From Campylobacter sp. (lineage in GTDB: Bacteria > Campylobacterota > Campylobacteria > Campylobacterales > Campylobacteraceae), in the NCBI RefSeq assembly GCF_052169515.1, contig NZ_JBQNCH010000013.1, positions 2,577-66,576 on the forward strand: a DNA stretch of 64,000 nucleotides, in the 5' to 3' direction. The notes under the pieces were generated by a model. That model did not search any database. It worked only from the letters and a program-made list of their open reading frames with translations, and was not told the origin of the DNA. Each line of letters starts with the position of its first letter. The stretch's first letter is position 1. The translations under genes were made by a program, and so were the position numbers. Of this stretch, positions 19,176 to 29,236 are shown one piece after another.

Positions 19176-19610
19176 ATGAAAGCTAAAATTTTACTTCCTT
19201 TTGTAGCTTCTATATTTTTTGGTTGCTCGTTTTTTGATAACAATCCACCAGTTCGCAAGCAACCAAAGCAAGTGGCGCAAAACACACCTATAAAAAGTTC
19301 TATCAAAGGTTTTATAAAAGAGGTTACATATAAAGATTCAAAATATTGCTATGAGATAGTTGCCAGTGATGTAAAAAATAATAAACTAAATAAAGCAAAT
19401 TTTTGTGCGAATAGATACTATTATGATAAGGGCGATTTAGTTTATGCGACATTTTATGCCGACAAACTTGTGGATATGCTTCTTATAAAGGAGGGAGGTT
19501 CTCGTGGTCTATATAATGGCATAAGAAAACCCCAAAACGAAGTAGTTACTAAAAGAAAAAATATAAAAACAAATATAGAAGTGCCAAAAGAGGAAAAAAT
19601 TTCTTTTTAG
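19176..19610 (+). CDS. Hypothetical lipoprotein
   Basis: SD AAGGAG; lipobox-like IFFG-C after a short signal peptide; TATACT -10 upstream. Confidence 0.75.
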   Translation: MKAKILLPFVASIFFGCSFFDNNPPVRKQPKQVAQNTPIKSSIKGFIKEVTYKDSKYCYEIVASDVKNNKLNKANFCANRYYYDKGDLVYATFYADKLVDMLLIKEGGSRGLYNGIRKPQNEVVTKRKNIKTNIEVPKEEKISF

Positions 19611-19648
19611 ATTACCGTTGATTTACTGCTGGCATATATAATTTCACT

Positions 19649-19700
19649 AGCAATCAAAACTAGAACTCCTTTTAAGGGGCGAAATAACAGCCCCTTTTTA
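19649..19700 (+). ncRNA. Candidate ~50-nt sRNA upstream of porA (positional analogue of C. jejuni CjNC140)
   Basis: TATAAT at 19637-19642, unpaired ACTCCTTTT anti-SD motif, then AAGGGGC-N9-GCCCCTT plus T run; no ORF. Confidence 0.65.
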
Positions 19701-19875
19701 TTTTACTCCACTTTTTAAGATACTCTTTCTGAAAGTTAAATTATCAAAAATATGCTTTTTGGCTAAAATCGGTAAATGATTGGTAACAAAAATATAAAAA
19801 TTTATGATTTTTTAAGCTTTAAATTAAAATTTATAGATTATAATCGTTCTCACAAAAACCTTAAAAGGAGAAAAA

Positions 19876-21111
19876 ATGAAACTAACAAAAATTAGTTTAG
19901 CCGCTTTGGTTGCTTTAGGTGCGTTTTCAAGCGTAGCAAGTGCTACTCCACTTGAAGAAGCTATAAAAAATGTAGATCTTTCAGGATTTGCAAGATATAG
20001 ATATACTCACACTCATGAGTATGACAAAAAACAAGAAAATGTCAAAAAAGCTAATGATGCAAAACATAACTTTAAAATGATCACAAATTTTAAAGCTGCT
20101 ATCGATGATAACTTTTTTGGTGTTGTTGGCCTAAGATATAATGCAAATGACGGTTCAGGCGATAATGCTGGAACAGCTAATATAGATGGTACAGATAAAA
20201 CAAATACAACTGATCCATTTAAAGTTTACCAATTTTACCTAGGATACAAAGTAGGTGCTACTACTATAACAGCTGGTAAGCAAGTTATAGGTTCATACTT
20301 TACTGATGATGCTGTTGGCACAGGCGTAAGAGTAGTAAATGAAGACATCGAAGGTCTTACACTTACAGCTTTAGCATTTGATGCACTTGAAGGTAGTGGT
20401 GAGAGCGATGGTGATCTGTATGATGTGAGTGTAACTAATCAATTGAATAAGTATGATGTTGGTAATCTATATGCAGCTGGTATTGCTGGAGCATATGATC
20501 CTATTAACTTCCAACTATGGTATGCTAGCTTAACAAATTTAGCTGACTTACTTGCAGCTGATGTTTCAGCAAATTTTGCTATTACTGATGATGTTTCTTT
20601 GGGCGCAAGACTTAACTATGTAAATAGCACAGCTGATGCTAGTGCTAAAAGCAAGCTAGGATATAATGATGGCAACTTCTATGCTGGAGAACTTTCTACT
20701 TCATTATTTGGTTTTGATCTAGCTGGTGGTTATATCGGTTGGAAATCTCAAGATAAAGGCATATCAGCTTTTTCATTTGAAGACCAAGGAAGCTTAATTG
20801 ATGCAGGTGAAGATGTATTTGACTGGACACATGCAGAAGGCAAAGGTAACTTCTTTTATGTAACAGGTGCTTATACATTTGATAAATTTACAGCTGGTTT
20901 AGACTACGTAAAAGGCACTCAAAAAACATCAGCTGGTGCTGGTAATCCAGATGCAAAAGATAAGGTTGAAGAATTTGTTCCAAGATTTGCTTATCAATAC
21001 AGCAAGAAGTTGAAATTTAGTTCATTCTACTCTTTCCAAACACATAAATTAGATAATGATGAGAAAAAGAAAGAAGATAAATTCAGATTTGAAGCTAAAT
21101 ACTCATTCTAA
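19876..21111 (+). CDS. porA: Major outer membrane porin (MOMP)
   Basis: MKLTKISLAALVALGAFSSVASA-TPLEEAIKNVDLSGFARYRY; C-terminal RFEAKYSF barrel signal. Confidence 0.95.
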   Translation: MKLTKISLAALVALGAFSSVASATPLEEAIKNVDLSGFARYRYTHTHEYDKKQENVKKANDAKHNFKMITNFKAAIDDNFFGVVGLRYNANDGSGDNAGTANIDGTDKTNTTDPFKVYQFYLGYKVGATTITAGKQVIGSYFTDDAVGTGVRVVNEDIEGLTLTALAFDALEGSGESDGDLYDVSVTNQLNKYDVGNLYAAGIAGAYDPINFQLWYASLTNLADLLAADVSANFAITDDVSLGARLNYVNSTADASAKSKLGYNDGNFYAGELSTSLFGFDLAGGYIGWKSQDKGISAFSFEDQGSLIDAGEDVFDWTHAEGKGNFFYVTGAYTFDKFTAGLDYVKGTQKTSAGAGNPDAKDKVEEFVPRFAYQYSKKLKFSSFYSFQTHKLDNDEKKKEDKFRFEAKYSF

Positions 21112-21139
21112 TATTAGCTAATTAATCAACTTATGATAT

Positions 21140-21175
21140 AATCCCAGGTCAGAGCAATCTGATCTGGGATTTTTA
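21140..21175 (+). terminator. Intrinsic terminator after porA
   Basis: AATCCCAGGTCAGA-GCAA-TCTGATCTGGGATT then T run. Confidence 0.85.
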
Positions 21176-21203
21176 AATTTAGAGCAAAATTTCAAGGAAA
21201 CTC

Positions 21204-21761
21204 ATGAAAAATATCAAAATTTCTTTTTTGGCGTGTTTTTTGGTGGCAAATGCCTTTGCAGCTTCGCAAGTTTATTATATAGAAGCTCGTGGCGAATTTG
21301 GTAAAGAACTTGCTGAAATGGCAAAAAAGCAGGCTAATGATAGAAATGAAAAAGTAAATGTTTATGTAGATGAAGATCCAAGACGCTATAAAGACAATAG
21401 AATTTTAAAACTAGGCGTTGATAAAAAGGGTAGATATAGCGTCTCTTTAGGTAAAGAAATTTATGAAAAACAATGTGCTAGTTGTCACGGTGAAAATGCA
21501 GATAAAAGGCCATTTGGTTCAACCCCTCTAAAAAATATGAATGCTAAAGATATAGAAGATAGCATCATATCTTACAGAAGTGACTCAAGCTTTGGTGGAA
21601 GTGGCAAAAACGTTATGCAAAACCAAGCTAAAATTCTTTCAAATAGCGATCTTGGTGCAATCCTTGCGTATCTAAAAGGCAAAGATGCGCTTAGCGAGCA
21701 AGAAACAAATAAAAATAAACCAGTTTCTACAGAAACAAAACAAGGTAGTTATTTAAGATAA
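21204..21761 (+). CDS. Periplasmic monoheme c-type cytochrome (c553-like) with N-terminal extension
   Basis: Signal peptide ending ANAFA; GKEIYEKQCASCHG heme motif; distal Met candidate NVMQNQA. Confidence 0.85.
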   Translation: MKNIKISFLACFLVANAFAASQVYYIEARGEFGKELAEMAKKQANDRNEKVNVYVDEDPRRYKDNRILKLGVDKKGRYSVSLGKEIYEKQCASCHGENADKRPFGSTPLKNMNAKDIEDSIISYRSDSSFGGSGKNVMQNQAKILSNSDLGAILAYLKGKDALSEQETNKNKPVSTETKQGSYLR

Positions 21762-21806
21762 AATTTACTTCGATAGCTTTGTTGCAATAAATAAAAAAGG
21801 AAACAG

Positions 21807-24800
21807 ATGTTAAATCCAAAATCACTATTTTTAAGTATGGGCTCAGCTATCGTTTTGATGGCAATCTTCGCTATAGCTAGCGGAGTCGCCACGATAATAG
21901 AGAGCAAAACGAGCACAGAAGCCGCTTGGTACTATGTTTATGGTGCTAGTTGGTTTGCTATTATTCAACTGCTTCTTGGTATAAATTTAGCCTACAATAT
22001 TTTTAGATACAACTTAATAGATCCTAAAAAACTTCCATCACTTATTTTTCATGTAGGGTTTATCGTTATTTTGGTTGGTGCTGGCATTACAAGATATCTT
22101 GGTTTCGAGGCTGATATGCATATAAGGGAAAATACGCAGTCAAATATCGTAACAACAAAGGTTTCTTATTTAAATTTAGTCACACTAAACGATAGTGGCG
22201 AAGAGGTAAGTGCAGCTTTGCCTTTGGGACTTACTGATATAAAAAATGGCTTTGATTTAAAACTAAAAATAGCAGATAGTGAAGCAAATTTAAGATTTAA
22301 AGAATTTGTGCCAAATGCAAGTTACAAATTTGTAGATGATAAAAATGGAAAACCTGTTATTGAATTTGTTGTTTCAAATGAGAGTGATAGCGAAGAAATT
22401 TTCTTACTTGAAGAAGAAGAAGCTAGGGTTGCTGATATTAGCTTTCTTTTTAATGCCAAGCCAGATGAAAGTAAAAAATATGTACTTTTTAGACTATTGG
22501 ATGGAAATTTTTCGGTTACCTCAAATGCTGATCTTTCAAAATTTACAATGGCAGATAACTCAAAAACAGAGTTAAAAGCTGGCAGTATAAATGAATTTAG
22601 TACAGGCAGCCTCTATACTATCTCGAATATAAATTTTGCCCCAAGGCTAGTTTCAGCTAACGCCTCAAGAAAACTCGTAAGCTCAAAAGATAGTGAATTT
22701 AACGCATTAGTAGCTGAGCTAAACTACAAAGGCGAAAGTAAAGAAATGCATGTATTTTATAACCTTACAGAGCCTTCACGTTTGGCTGTAGCTGGACAAA
22801 AATTTAATGCTTCATGGGGTGCTCAGCAAGTTAAACTCCCATTTAGTTTATATTTGAAAGATTTTGAGCTCAAACGATATCCTGGTTCAAATTCTCCAAT
22901 GAGCTACGCAAGTGAAGTTGTAGTAAAAGATGGCTCTGACAACCCAGGATTTGACTATAAAATTTATATGAACCATGTACTTGATTATGATGGATATAGA
23001 TTTTTCCAAAGCTCATATGATACTGACGAAAAGGGCACGATTCTATCTGTTAACAAGGATCCAGGCAAGATACCAACCTATATAGGATATTTTCTACTTG
23101 GACTCGGATTTGTGTTAAATGTTATAAATCCAGGCAGTCGCTTTAGAAAGCTAGCAAAACTAATTGATGATGAATCAACAAAAGGTGGCAAAAAAGTTGT
23201 TGCTCTTATTGCTATTATAATTCTAAGTTTAAATTTTAGCTCATTAAAAGCTGAAGACTTTTTGCCTAATATTAGCAAAGAACATGCCCAAAAGCTTTCC
23301 AGACTTATAGTGCAAAGTCCAGATGGCAGAATGAAGCCATTCGATACGCTAAGCAAAGAGATATTAAATAAAATTCATAGAAGTGATAGTATTGGCAACT
23401 TAAATTCAAACCAGGCAATGCTCTCTATCATGGTGGCACCTGACTTTTGGAGAAGTGAAAATATCATTGCTCTTGGCCAAAGCAAAGAGCTAAAAAAAGA
23501 GCTTGGTGTTGATGAAAATGCCAAATATGGAAGCTTTGACCAGTTTTTTAGAGTCACAAAAGATGGTGGAAGCGAGTATAAGCTTACTAAATTTACAGAG
23601 ATTGCTAACCGAAAACACCCAGGTTCACGTGGTACATTTGATAAAGATGTGATTAAGATTGATGAGAGATTAAACGTATTTTACATGATATTTATTGGCG
23701 AAATTTTTAAAATTTTTCCTAAACAAGACGATCCGTCTCATTCTTGGTATTCGCCTGCTTCTGCGATGATGTATTTTACACCAAAAGAGGCTGAGATAGT
23801 TGTTGGCATGATGAGAGATTATTTCGCAGCCGTTGACGCAGCGACAAAAGACAACGACTGGAGTAAGGCTGATGCTGCACTTGATAAAATTTCAGAGTAT
23901 CAGCACAAATATGGCTCAGCTGTTATGCCAAGTGAGAAAAAGATAGATATAGAAATTTTATTTAACAAATTTCAAATTTTTGACCGCTTGACGCCAATTT
24001 ATCTTTTGGCTGGCCTGGCGCTTTTATTTTTTGTATTTATCAAAATGCTGGCTCCAAAAGTTCAGATTAATAGTATTGTAAAGATCGTATATGCTATAAA
24101 TTTACTAGCCTTTTTGGCTCATACGGTAGGCCTTGGACTTCGTTGGTATATAGCAGAGCATGCACCTTGGAGTAATGCGTATGAGTCTATGGTCTATATA
24201 GCTTGGGCGCTTGGACTTTCTGGTATAGTCTTTGCAAAACGTAGTCCGATCGCACTTGCTCTCACATCAATACTTGCCGGCATTACGCTATTTGTCGCGC
24301 ACCTTAGCTGGATGGATCCACAGATCACTACGCTAGTGCCTGTGCTTCAGAGCTACTGGCTCACTATCCACGTATCTATCATCACCGCAAGCTATGGCTT
24401 TTTGGGTCTTTGCTCGCTACTTGGTGGCTTTACGTTGCTGCTTATCATTTTGCAAAATAAGAAAAAGCCACATGCGGAAATTTCACGTAATATCCTTGAA
24501 GCAACTCGCATAAATGAGATGGCGATGATACTTGGTTTAAGCCTACTAACACTTGGAAACTTCCTTGGTGGTGTTTGGGCAAATGAGAGCTGGGGTAGAT
24601 ACTGGGGCTGGGATAGTAAAGAGACATGGGCGCTAGTTTCGATCCTTGTCTACGCAGCTGTGCTTCACATAAGATTTATACCAAAATTAAATAACCAATA
24701 TGCGTTTGCAGTAGCTTCATTTTTTGCTTATTGGTCGATTATAATGACCTATTTTGGTGTGAATTTTTATCTAGCTGGCATGCACTCATATGCAGCTGGA

Positions 24801-24902
24801 GACCCTCTACCGATACCTGACTTTATCTGGATCACTATGGTAGTTATGGTGCTTATGAGCGTTATAGCATTTACCAAACGCTCGCTTTGCTCAAGGCTAT
24901 AG
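21807..24902 (+). CDS. ccsA: System II cytochrome c synthase, fused CcsBA
   Basis: ResB-like N-part (FHVGF, YMNHVLDYDGYRFFQSSY) and WWD motif WANESWGRYWGWDSKETW, GMHSY. Confidence 0.92.
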   Translation: MLNPKSLFLSMGSAIVLMAIFAIASGVATIIESKTSTEAAWYYVYGASWFAIIQLLLGINLAYNIFRYNLIDPKKLPSLIFHVGFIVILVGAGITRYLGFEADMHIRENTQSNIVTTKVSYLNLVTLNDSGEEVSAALPLGLTDIKNGFDLKLKIADSEANLRFKEFVPNASYKFVDDKNGKPVIEFVVSNESDSEEIFLLEEEEARVADISFLFNAKPDESKKYVLFRLLDGNFSVTSNADLSKFTMADNSKTELKAGSINEFSTGSLYTISNINFAPRLVSANASRKLVSSKDSEFNALVAELNYKGESKEMHVFYNLTEPSRLAVAGQKFNASWGAQQVKLPFSLYLKDFELKRYPGSNSPMSYASEVVVKDGSDNPGFDYKIYMNHVLDYDGYRFFQSSYDTDEKGTILSVNKDPGKIPTYIGYFLLGLGFVLNVINPGSRFRKLAKLIDDESTKGGKKVVALIAIIILSLNFSSLKAEDFLPNISKEHAQKLSRLIVQSPDGRMKPFDTLSKEILNKIHRSDSIGNLNSNQAMLSIMVAPDFWRSENIIALGQSKELKKELGVDENAKYGSFDQFFRVTKDGGSEYKLTKFTEIANRKHPGSRGTFDKDVIKIDERLNVFYMIFIGEIFKIFPKQDDPSHSWYSPASAMMYFTPKEAEIVVGMMRDYFAAVDAATKDNDWSKADAALDKISEYQHKYGSAVMPSEKKIDIEILFNKFQIFDRLTPIYLLAGLALLFFVFIKMLAPKVQINSIVKIVYAINLLAFLAHTVGLGLRWYIAEHAPWSNAYESMVYIAWALGLSGIVFAKRSPIALALTSILAGITLFVAHLSWMDPQITTLVPVLQSYWLTIHVSIITASYGFLGLCSLLGGFTLLLIILQNKKKPHAEISRNILEATRINEMAMILGLSLLTLGNFLGGVWANESWGRYWGWDSKETWALVSILVYAAVLHIRFIPKLNNQYAFAVASFFAYWSIIMTYFGVNFYLAGMHSYAAGDPLPIPDFIWITMVVMVLMSVIAFTKRSLCSRL

Positions 24903-25337
24903 ATGCTTGTAAAGGGCTTGATAGTTTTTTGTATCGTTTTGCTGATAGTTGCCGTTTGCGTACTGATCTATCTGCTTTTAAAAAACAAAACTCATCAAGC
25001 CACTCCTTCTAATAAAATCGTATCTGTTAAGGAAGAGATCACGATAGAAAAGCTTGAAAGGCTCGCAGGTGATAATAGTTTAAGCAAAAACGAACTTTTT
25101 GAGCTGATACAAATTTTTATAGAAAAATTTAACATACCTCCTAAAAATAATCAGACTATGCCAAAAGAGGCAAATAATTATATAAATTTTATAATTTTAA
25201 TCTGCTCTCATAAAAATGCCGATGCAAAACTTATTAGCTTTCTAGACAAAGAGGCTAAAAAGAAAAATCCAAGCTATGTTGTTGAGATAGAAAATAGTGA
25301 GAGAGTTGGCATAGAAAACCGTAAAAATCGTAGATAA
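24903..25337 (+). CDS. Hypothetical membrane-anchored protein
   Basis: Single N-terminal TM then helical soluble domain; abuts the ccsBA stop. Confidence 0.75.
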   Translation: MLVKGLIVFCIVLLIVAVCVLIYLLLKNKTHQATPSNKIVSVKEEITIEKLERLAGDNSLSKNELFELIQIFIEKFNIPPKNNQTMPKEANNYINFIILICSHKNADAKLISFLDKEAKKKNPSYVVEIENSERVGIENRKNRR

Positions 25338-25491
25338 ATTTTAAAAATCACCGCCTCAGCAATTATAATTATCTAGGCTTTATTAATAAAACCAATATCT
25401 TACAATTTTTGTTCCGATTATGGTCAGACATTGTTCTTAAATGCCATAGATTATAGTTGTGAGATTTTTATTGAATAGCAATATTTTAAGT

Positions 25492-27324
25492 CTAATCCAA
25501 AGCAGGTTTTTGCTTTGCCTTTTCATTTTTAAGCTTATCTTTTTTAGCTTCAAACTCAGCTATAATGTTTGCATCAGGAAATAGATATCCATCCTCAACC
25601 ATAAGATCAACAGCTTTTTTAAAAGTAGGTAGTGCACTTTGAGCACCAAAATAGTAGTAAGGTCTTTTAGGATCTCTTGCCAAAACACCTATTGTATAAC
25701 TATTGCCTCTTGTATCATTTACGAAGCCAAAAAACGAACCGTTATATGTATTGCTGTATCCGCCTTTGCCCGAGGCTATGTGAGCAGTACCGGTTTTGCC
25801 ACCTATCTCAAGCCCTGGAGTAAATGTTTTTAGTCCAGTTCCTTTCTCGACCGTTTTTATTAAAATTCGCTTCATTATCTTTGCTGTTTCTTGTGAGATG
25901 ACTTGTGCTGGCTCAGACTTTGGTAGGTCGTAGCGTTTGCCGTTTCGCTCTAGGTAAGCGACTATATGGGGTATGACCTCAACGCCCTTGTTATTAAAGG
26001 TATTATAAGCTTTTAAAAGTTGCATAAACGTCGCTTGTAAGCCATATCCGTAGCTCACTGTAGCTTTATATGTTGATGAATTTAGCTTCGTAACTGTTGG
26101 CATCATCCCTACTTGCTCATATGGCAGGTCAATGCCAGTTTTTCTGGAAAAGCCAAAATTTAAAAGGCCTTGATAAATTTGTGGTCCATTTAGGCGCTCT
26201 ACTAGCTGGATCATGCCGATGTTTGAACTATGTACGATGATGTCTTCAGCACTCATAAAAGGCTCTGGATGGGTATCTTTTATGATCCTTTTTCCAAGTT
26301 GATAGCGACCATTGTAGGTATTAATAAGCTCAAATGGATTTACTTTTTTTTCTTGAAGTAGTATCGAAAATATAAATGGCTTAAAAACTGATCCGACTTC
26401 ATAGGCATATTCACTAGCGGTTGAGTTTAGGGCGCTGTAGTCTTGTTTTCTTATGTTTGATGGATCGTATCTTGAGCTAGAGGCAAGGGCTAGAATTTCT
26501 CCATTTTTGCTGTTCATTATGCAGATTACAAGCTCTTTTGCGTCTAGAAATTCACGCTTTTCATCTAAAATTTGTTCTAGTTTGGTTTGAAATTTCAGCG
26601 GTATAGAAAGTACGGCATTGTATCCGTCTACTCTTGTAGCAAGGTTTGAGTCGCTTGTTAAAATGATGTTGTTGCCGATATCTCTTGGTCCAAGAATTTT
26701 AGCGTTTTGTATTGGAGCTAGATAGTCTTCGTAGTATCTCTCAAGCCCTTTTACGCCTTTACTTTTTGTAAGCGCGTCACTTTCGGTTTTGCTAACGTAG
26801 CCAATAGCTGGCGTAAGAGCATCTTTTGACATAAATTTACGGTTTTGTCCACTTTCCATCACACGCATGCCTTGAAATGAAGCAAGGCCTGTTTTTGGGT
26901 CAAGATATGAGACCAAGATACTCTTGCGATTTAGCTTTCTTGAGAGCTCTTGAAGATAGGTGGCACCCTTGGCATCAATACTATAAGATAGTGTGACAAG
27001 CCCTTTTGTGCCATTTATGATTTTTCTTACTTTGTTTGGATCGTCGCCACTATAAAGTGAATAGAGCTTGATAAACATCTCTTTTTTGTTTGGATCAATG
27101 TTTCTGGTGTCTAGCATCACTTTGTAGAGTTTTTGGCTTGATGAGATGCTAAAGCCGTCTTTTGTGACGATGTTACCGCGAATTGCGGTATTGATATCGC
27201 TTGTTTGAAGCTTAGGGAGTCTTCTTTCGATGCTCGCTCTATAAAATATAACAAGCACAAATATTGAAATTCCAAAAGAGATTAATAAAAAAAGTATAGT
27301 TATTTTTGATTTTCTGGAATTCAT
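25492..27324 (-). CDS. ftsI: Class B penicillin-binding protein (FtsI/PBP3-like)
   Basis: N-terminal TM, RGNIVTKDG, GSVFK (SxxK), SSN (SxN), KTG motifs. Confidence 0.9.
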   Translation of the reverse strand: MNSRKSKITILFLLISFGISIFVLVIFYRASIERRLPKLQTSDINTAIRGNIVTKDGFSISSSQKLYKVMLDTRNIDPNKKEMFIKLYSLYSGDDPNKVRKIINGTKGLVTLSYSIDAKGATYLQELSRKLNRKSILVSYLDPKTGLASFQGMRVMESGQNRKFMSKDALTPAIGYVSKTESDALTKSKGVKGLERYYEDYLAPIQNAKILGPRDIGNNIILTSDSNLATRVDGYNAVLSIPLKFQTKLEQILDEKREFLDAKELVICIMNSKNGEILALASSSRYDPSNIRKQDYSALNSTASEYAYEVGSVFKPFIFSILLQEKKVNPFELINTYNGRYQLGKRIIKDTHPEPFMSAEDIIVHSSNIGMIQLVERLNGPQIYQGLLNFGFSRKTGIDLPYEQVGMMPTVTKLNSSTYKATVSYGYGLQATFMQLLKAYNTFNNKGVEVIPHIVAYLERNGKRYDLPKSEPAQVISQETAKIMKRILIKTVEKGTGLKTFTPGLEIGGKTGTAHIASGKGGYSNTYNGSFFGFVNDTRGNSYTIGVLARDPKRPYYYFGAQSALPTFKKAVDLMVEDGYLFPDANIIAEFEAKKDKLKNEKAKQKPALD

Positions 27325-27332
27325 TCAATGGC

Positions 27333-27626
27333 TTAAATTTGCGTTCTAGAAATTTCTTTGTAAGCACTTAATGCTTTATTGCGGATCTCTAGCATAAGCT
27401 TCATACTAGTCTCCGCTTTGCCAATAGCGATAGCTGCTTGGTGCAGGTCTTTTACCTCGCCAGTTGCAAGATCTGCGATGGCTTTATCAGCGTTTATTTG
27501 AACCTTGTTTAGCTCTTTTAAAGAGTCGTTTAGTGCATTTTCAAAGCCGCCTTCTTCGCCAGATTTTATTATTTTGTTTGAATTTTCGTTTTTATTTAAC
27601 TTATCTAAATTTATACTATTTATCAT
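27333..27626 (-). CDS. fliE: Flagellar hook-basal body protein FliE
   Basis: DLHQAAIAIGKAETSMKLMLEIRNKALSAYKEISRTQI. Confidence 0.95.
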   Translation of the reverse strand: MINSINLDKLNKNENSNKIIKSGEEGGFENALNDSLKELNKVQINADKAIADLATGEVKDLHQAAIAIGKAETSMKLMLEIRNKALSAYKEISRTQI

Positions 27627-28126
27627 TATGCTTGTCCTGAAATAAGTGATATCGCACTTTGTGCTATTGTTTTTGCGTTTTGAAATGACGCTACATTTGC
27701 TTGATAGGCCCTTGTTGCCTCAAGCAAGTCAGCCATCTCGATGACTGGATTTATATTTGGAAATGCGACATAGCCATTTGCATTTGCGTCTGGGTGGCTT
27801 GGGTCGTATTTTAGCTGAAAGTCCTTGTCGTCACGCACCACTTTATCCACGATCACGCTAGTTAGGGCAGGGTGAGCGTTTCTTGGTGAGCTTGGATCAT
27901 CAAGCGGATTTTCGTACTCAAGTAAGCTTTGCGAATTTTTAAGCTGATCGTTTAAAATTTTATCAAAGCTCATCTCTTTAAAGATGACCTCTTGCCTTCT
28001 GTAAGGGCCGCCTTCAGCTGTTCTTGTGGTTTGAGCATTTGCTATGTTTGAACTGATGACGTTCATCCTAAAGCGCTGAGCACTTAGCCCATATCCGCTT
28101 ATATCAAAATCATTTAAATATGACAT
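27626..28126 (-). CDS. flgC: Flagellar basal-body rod protein FlgC
   Basis: RMNVISSNIANAQTT, GGPYRRQ, YDPSHPDANANGYV; second ATG fits SD AGGAG. Confidence 0.96.
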   Translation of the reverse strand: MSYLNDFDISGYGLSAQRFRMNVISSNIANAQTTRTAEGGPYRRQEVIFKEMSFDKILNDQLKNSQSLLEYENPLDDPSSPRNAHPALTSVIVDKVVRDDKDFQLKYDPSHPDANANGYVAFPNINPVIEMADLLEATRAYQANVASFQNAKTIAQSAISLISGQA

Positions 28127-28134
28127 CATCTCTC

Positions 28135-28569
28135 CTAGTTCTTAGCACTTGCGTCTATTACGCTTTTAAAGATATTACCCTGTGCTTTGTAGGCACTATC
28201 AAGGGCATTGATCATAACTGTGTTTTTACCCATTTCTGTTGTCTCGACGTCAAGATCGACTGTGTTTGCGTCATTTCTAGCCATGTGGCCATCGCGCAAG
28301 AAAATTTGCGCCATGTCACTTCTTGGAAAATCAACAGCGGCCATATGGGCTTCGTTTGTTTTAGCTAGCTTTAGTTCTTTTTTGTTTGAGACATTGTAAA
28401 TTTCATTTGCTCTCTCTTTTAAAACCTCTTCAAATCTTATGTCTCTAGCTTTGTAAAATGGCGTATCAACGTTTGCAAGATTGCCTGAGATTAGCTTTTG
28501 GCGTAGCTCTCTACCTGCAAGAGCTGACTCAACAAGAGGGCTAGCTTTTGATTTTTCTAAAACAAACAT
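28135..28569 (-). CDS. flgB: Flagellar basal-body rod protein FlgB
   Basis: RQKLISGNLANVDTPFYKARD, RNDANTVDLDVE. Confidence 0.96.
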   Translation of the reverse strand: MFVLEKSKASPLVESALAGRELRQKLISGNLANVDTPFYKARDIRFEEVLKERANEIYNVSNKKELKLAKTNEAHMAAVDFPRSDMAQIFLRDGHMARNDANTVDLDVETTEMGKNTVMINALDSAYKAQGNIFKSVIDASAKN

Positions 28570-28600
28570 ATAAAATCCTTATGAAATTTCACATTTTTAT

Positions 28601-28618
28601 AAGCAAATGATGTTCCAA
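28601..28618 (-). promoter_or_regulatory. Sigma54 (RpoN) promoter of flgBC-fliE
   Basis: Minus strand TTGGAACATCATTTGCTT = GG-N10-GC (-24/-12). Confidence 0.9.
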
Positions 28619-28631
28619 ATATAAGCTAAAT

Positions 28632-29228
28632 TTATTTTGTCTCATAAATTTTTGTCAGATCTTCTTTCATTTTAGTGACTTTTGTGCCACCTAAATAGTA
28701 TTTGACACCGTATTTTCCGCTATCAACGTCTGTTAAGATTTGGTATTTTCCATTTTTTAGCACGACCTTAAATGGTAGTGCGATCTCGTGCTTATATTCT
28801 ATGTCACGCACGATCTGCTCAATTAATCTACCATTTATTTTCTGGTTGTTTGTGACGAAGTAATAGGCGTGAAATTTCTGCATAAATTCATTTAAAACAT
28901 ACTCATCTGTGACATTTTCAAAATGAGTTAGACCTATTAGTGTAAATGTTTCTTTATTTTCAAATTGATATTTTGTAAGCTCTGGAGCTTCTTTTTGGCA
29001 AGGCGGACAAAATGTACCAAAAATATCTATCATTAAAACTTTATTTTCGTCGTTTTTAATGACAAAACCGCTATTTTTTCGAATTAGCGTAATGTCTTTA
29101 CCGCTTACATCTTTGAGTACTACTTCTTCATTTGGAGTAAATTCTTTAAAAGTAGCCCTGCTATTTTCCTCTTCCTTACAGCCAAAAAATGCAAAAAGTG
29201 CGATGATTAATATAATTATTTTTTTCAT
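28632..29228 (-). CDS. TlpA-like thioredoxin-fold lipoprotein
   Basis: Lipobox FFGC; IDIFGTFCPPCQKEAP. Confidence 0.85.
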   Translation of the reverse strand: MKKIIILIIALFAFFGCKEEENSRATFKEFTPNEEVVLKDVSGKDITLIRKNSGFVIKNDENKVLMIDIFGTFCPPCQKEAPELTKYQFENKETFTLIGLTHFENVTDEYVLNEFMQKFHAYYFVTNNQKINGRLIEQIVRDIEYKHEIALPFKVVLKNGKYQILTDVDSGKYGVKYYLGGTKVTKMKEDLTKIYETK

Positions 29229-29236
29229 TTTATTCC

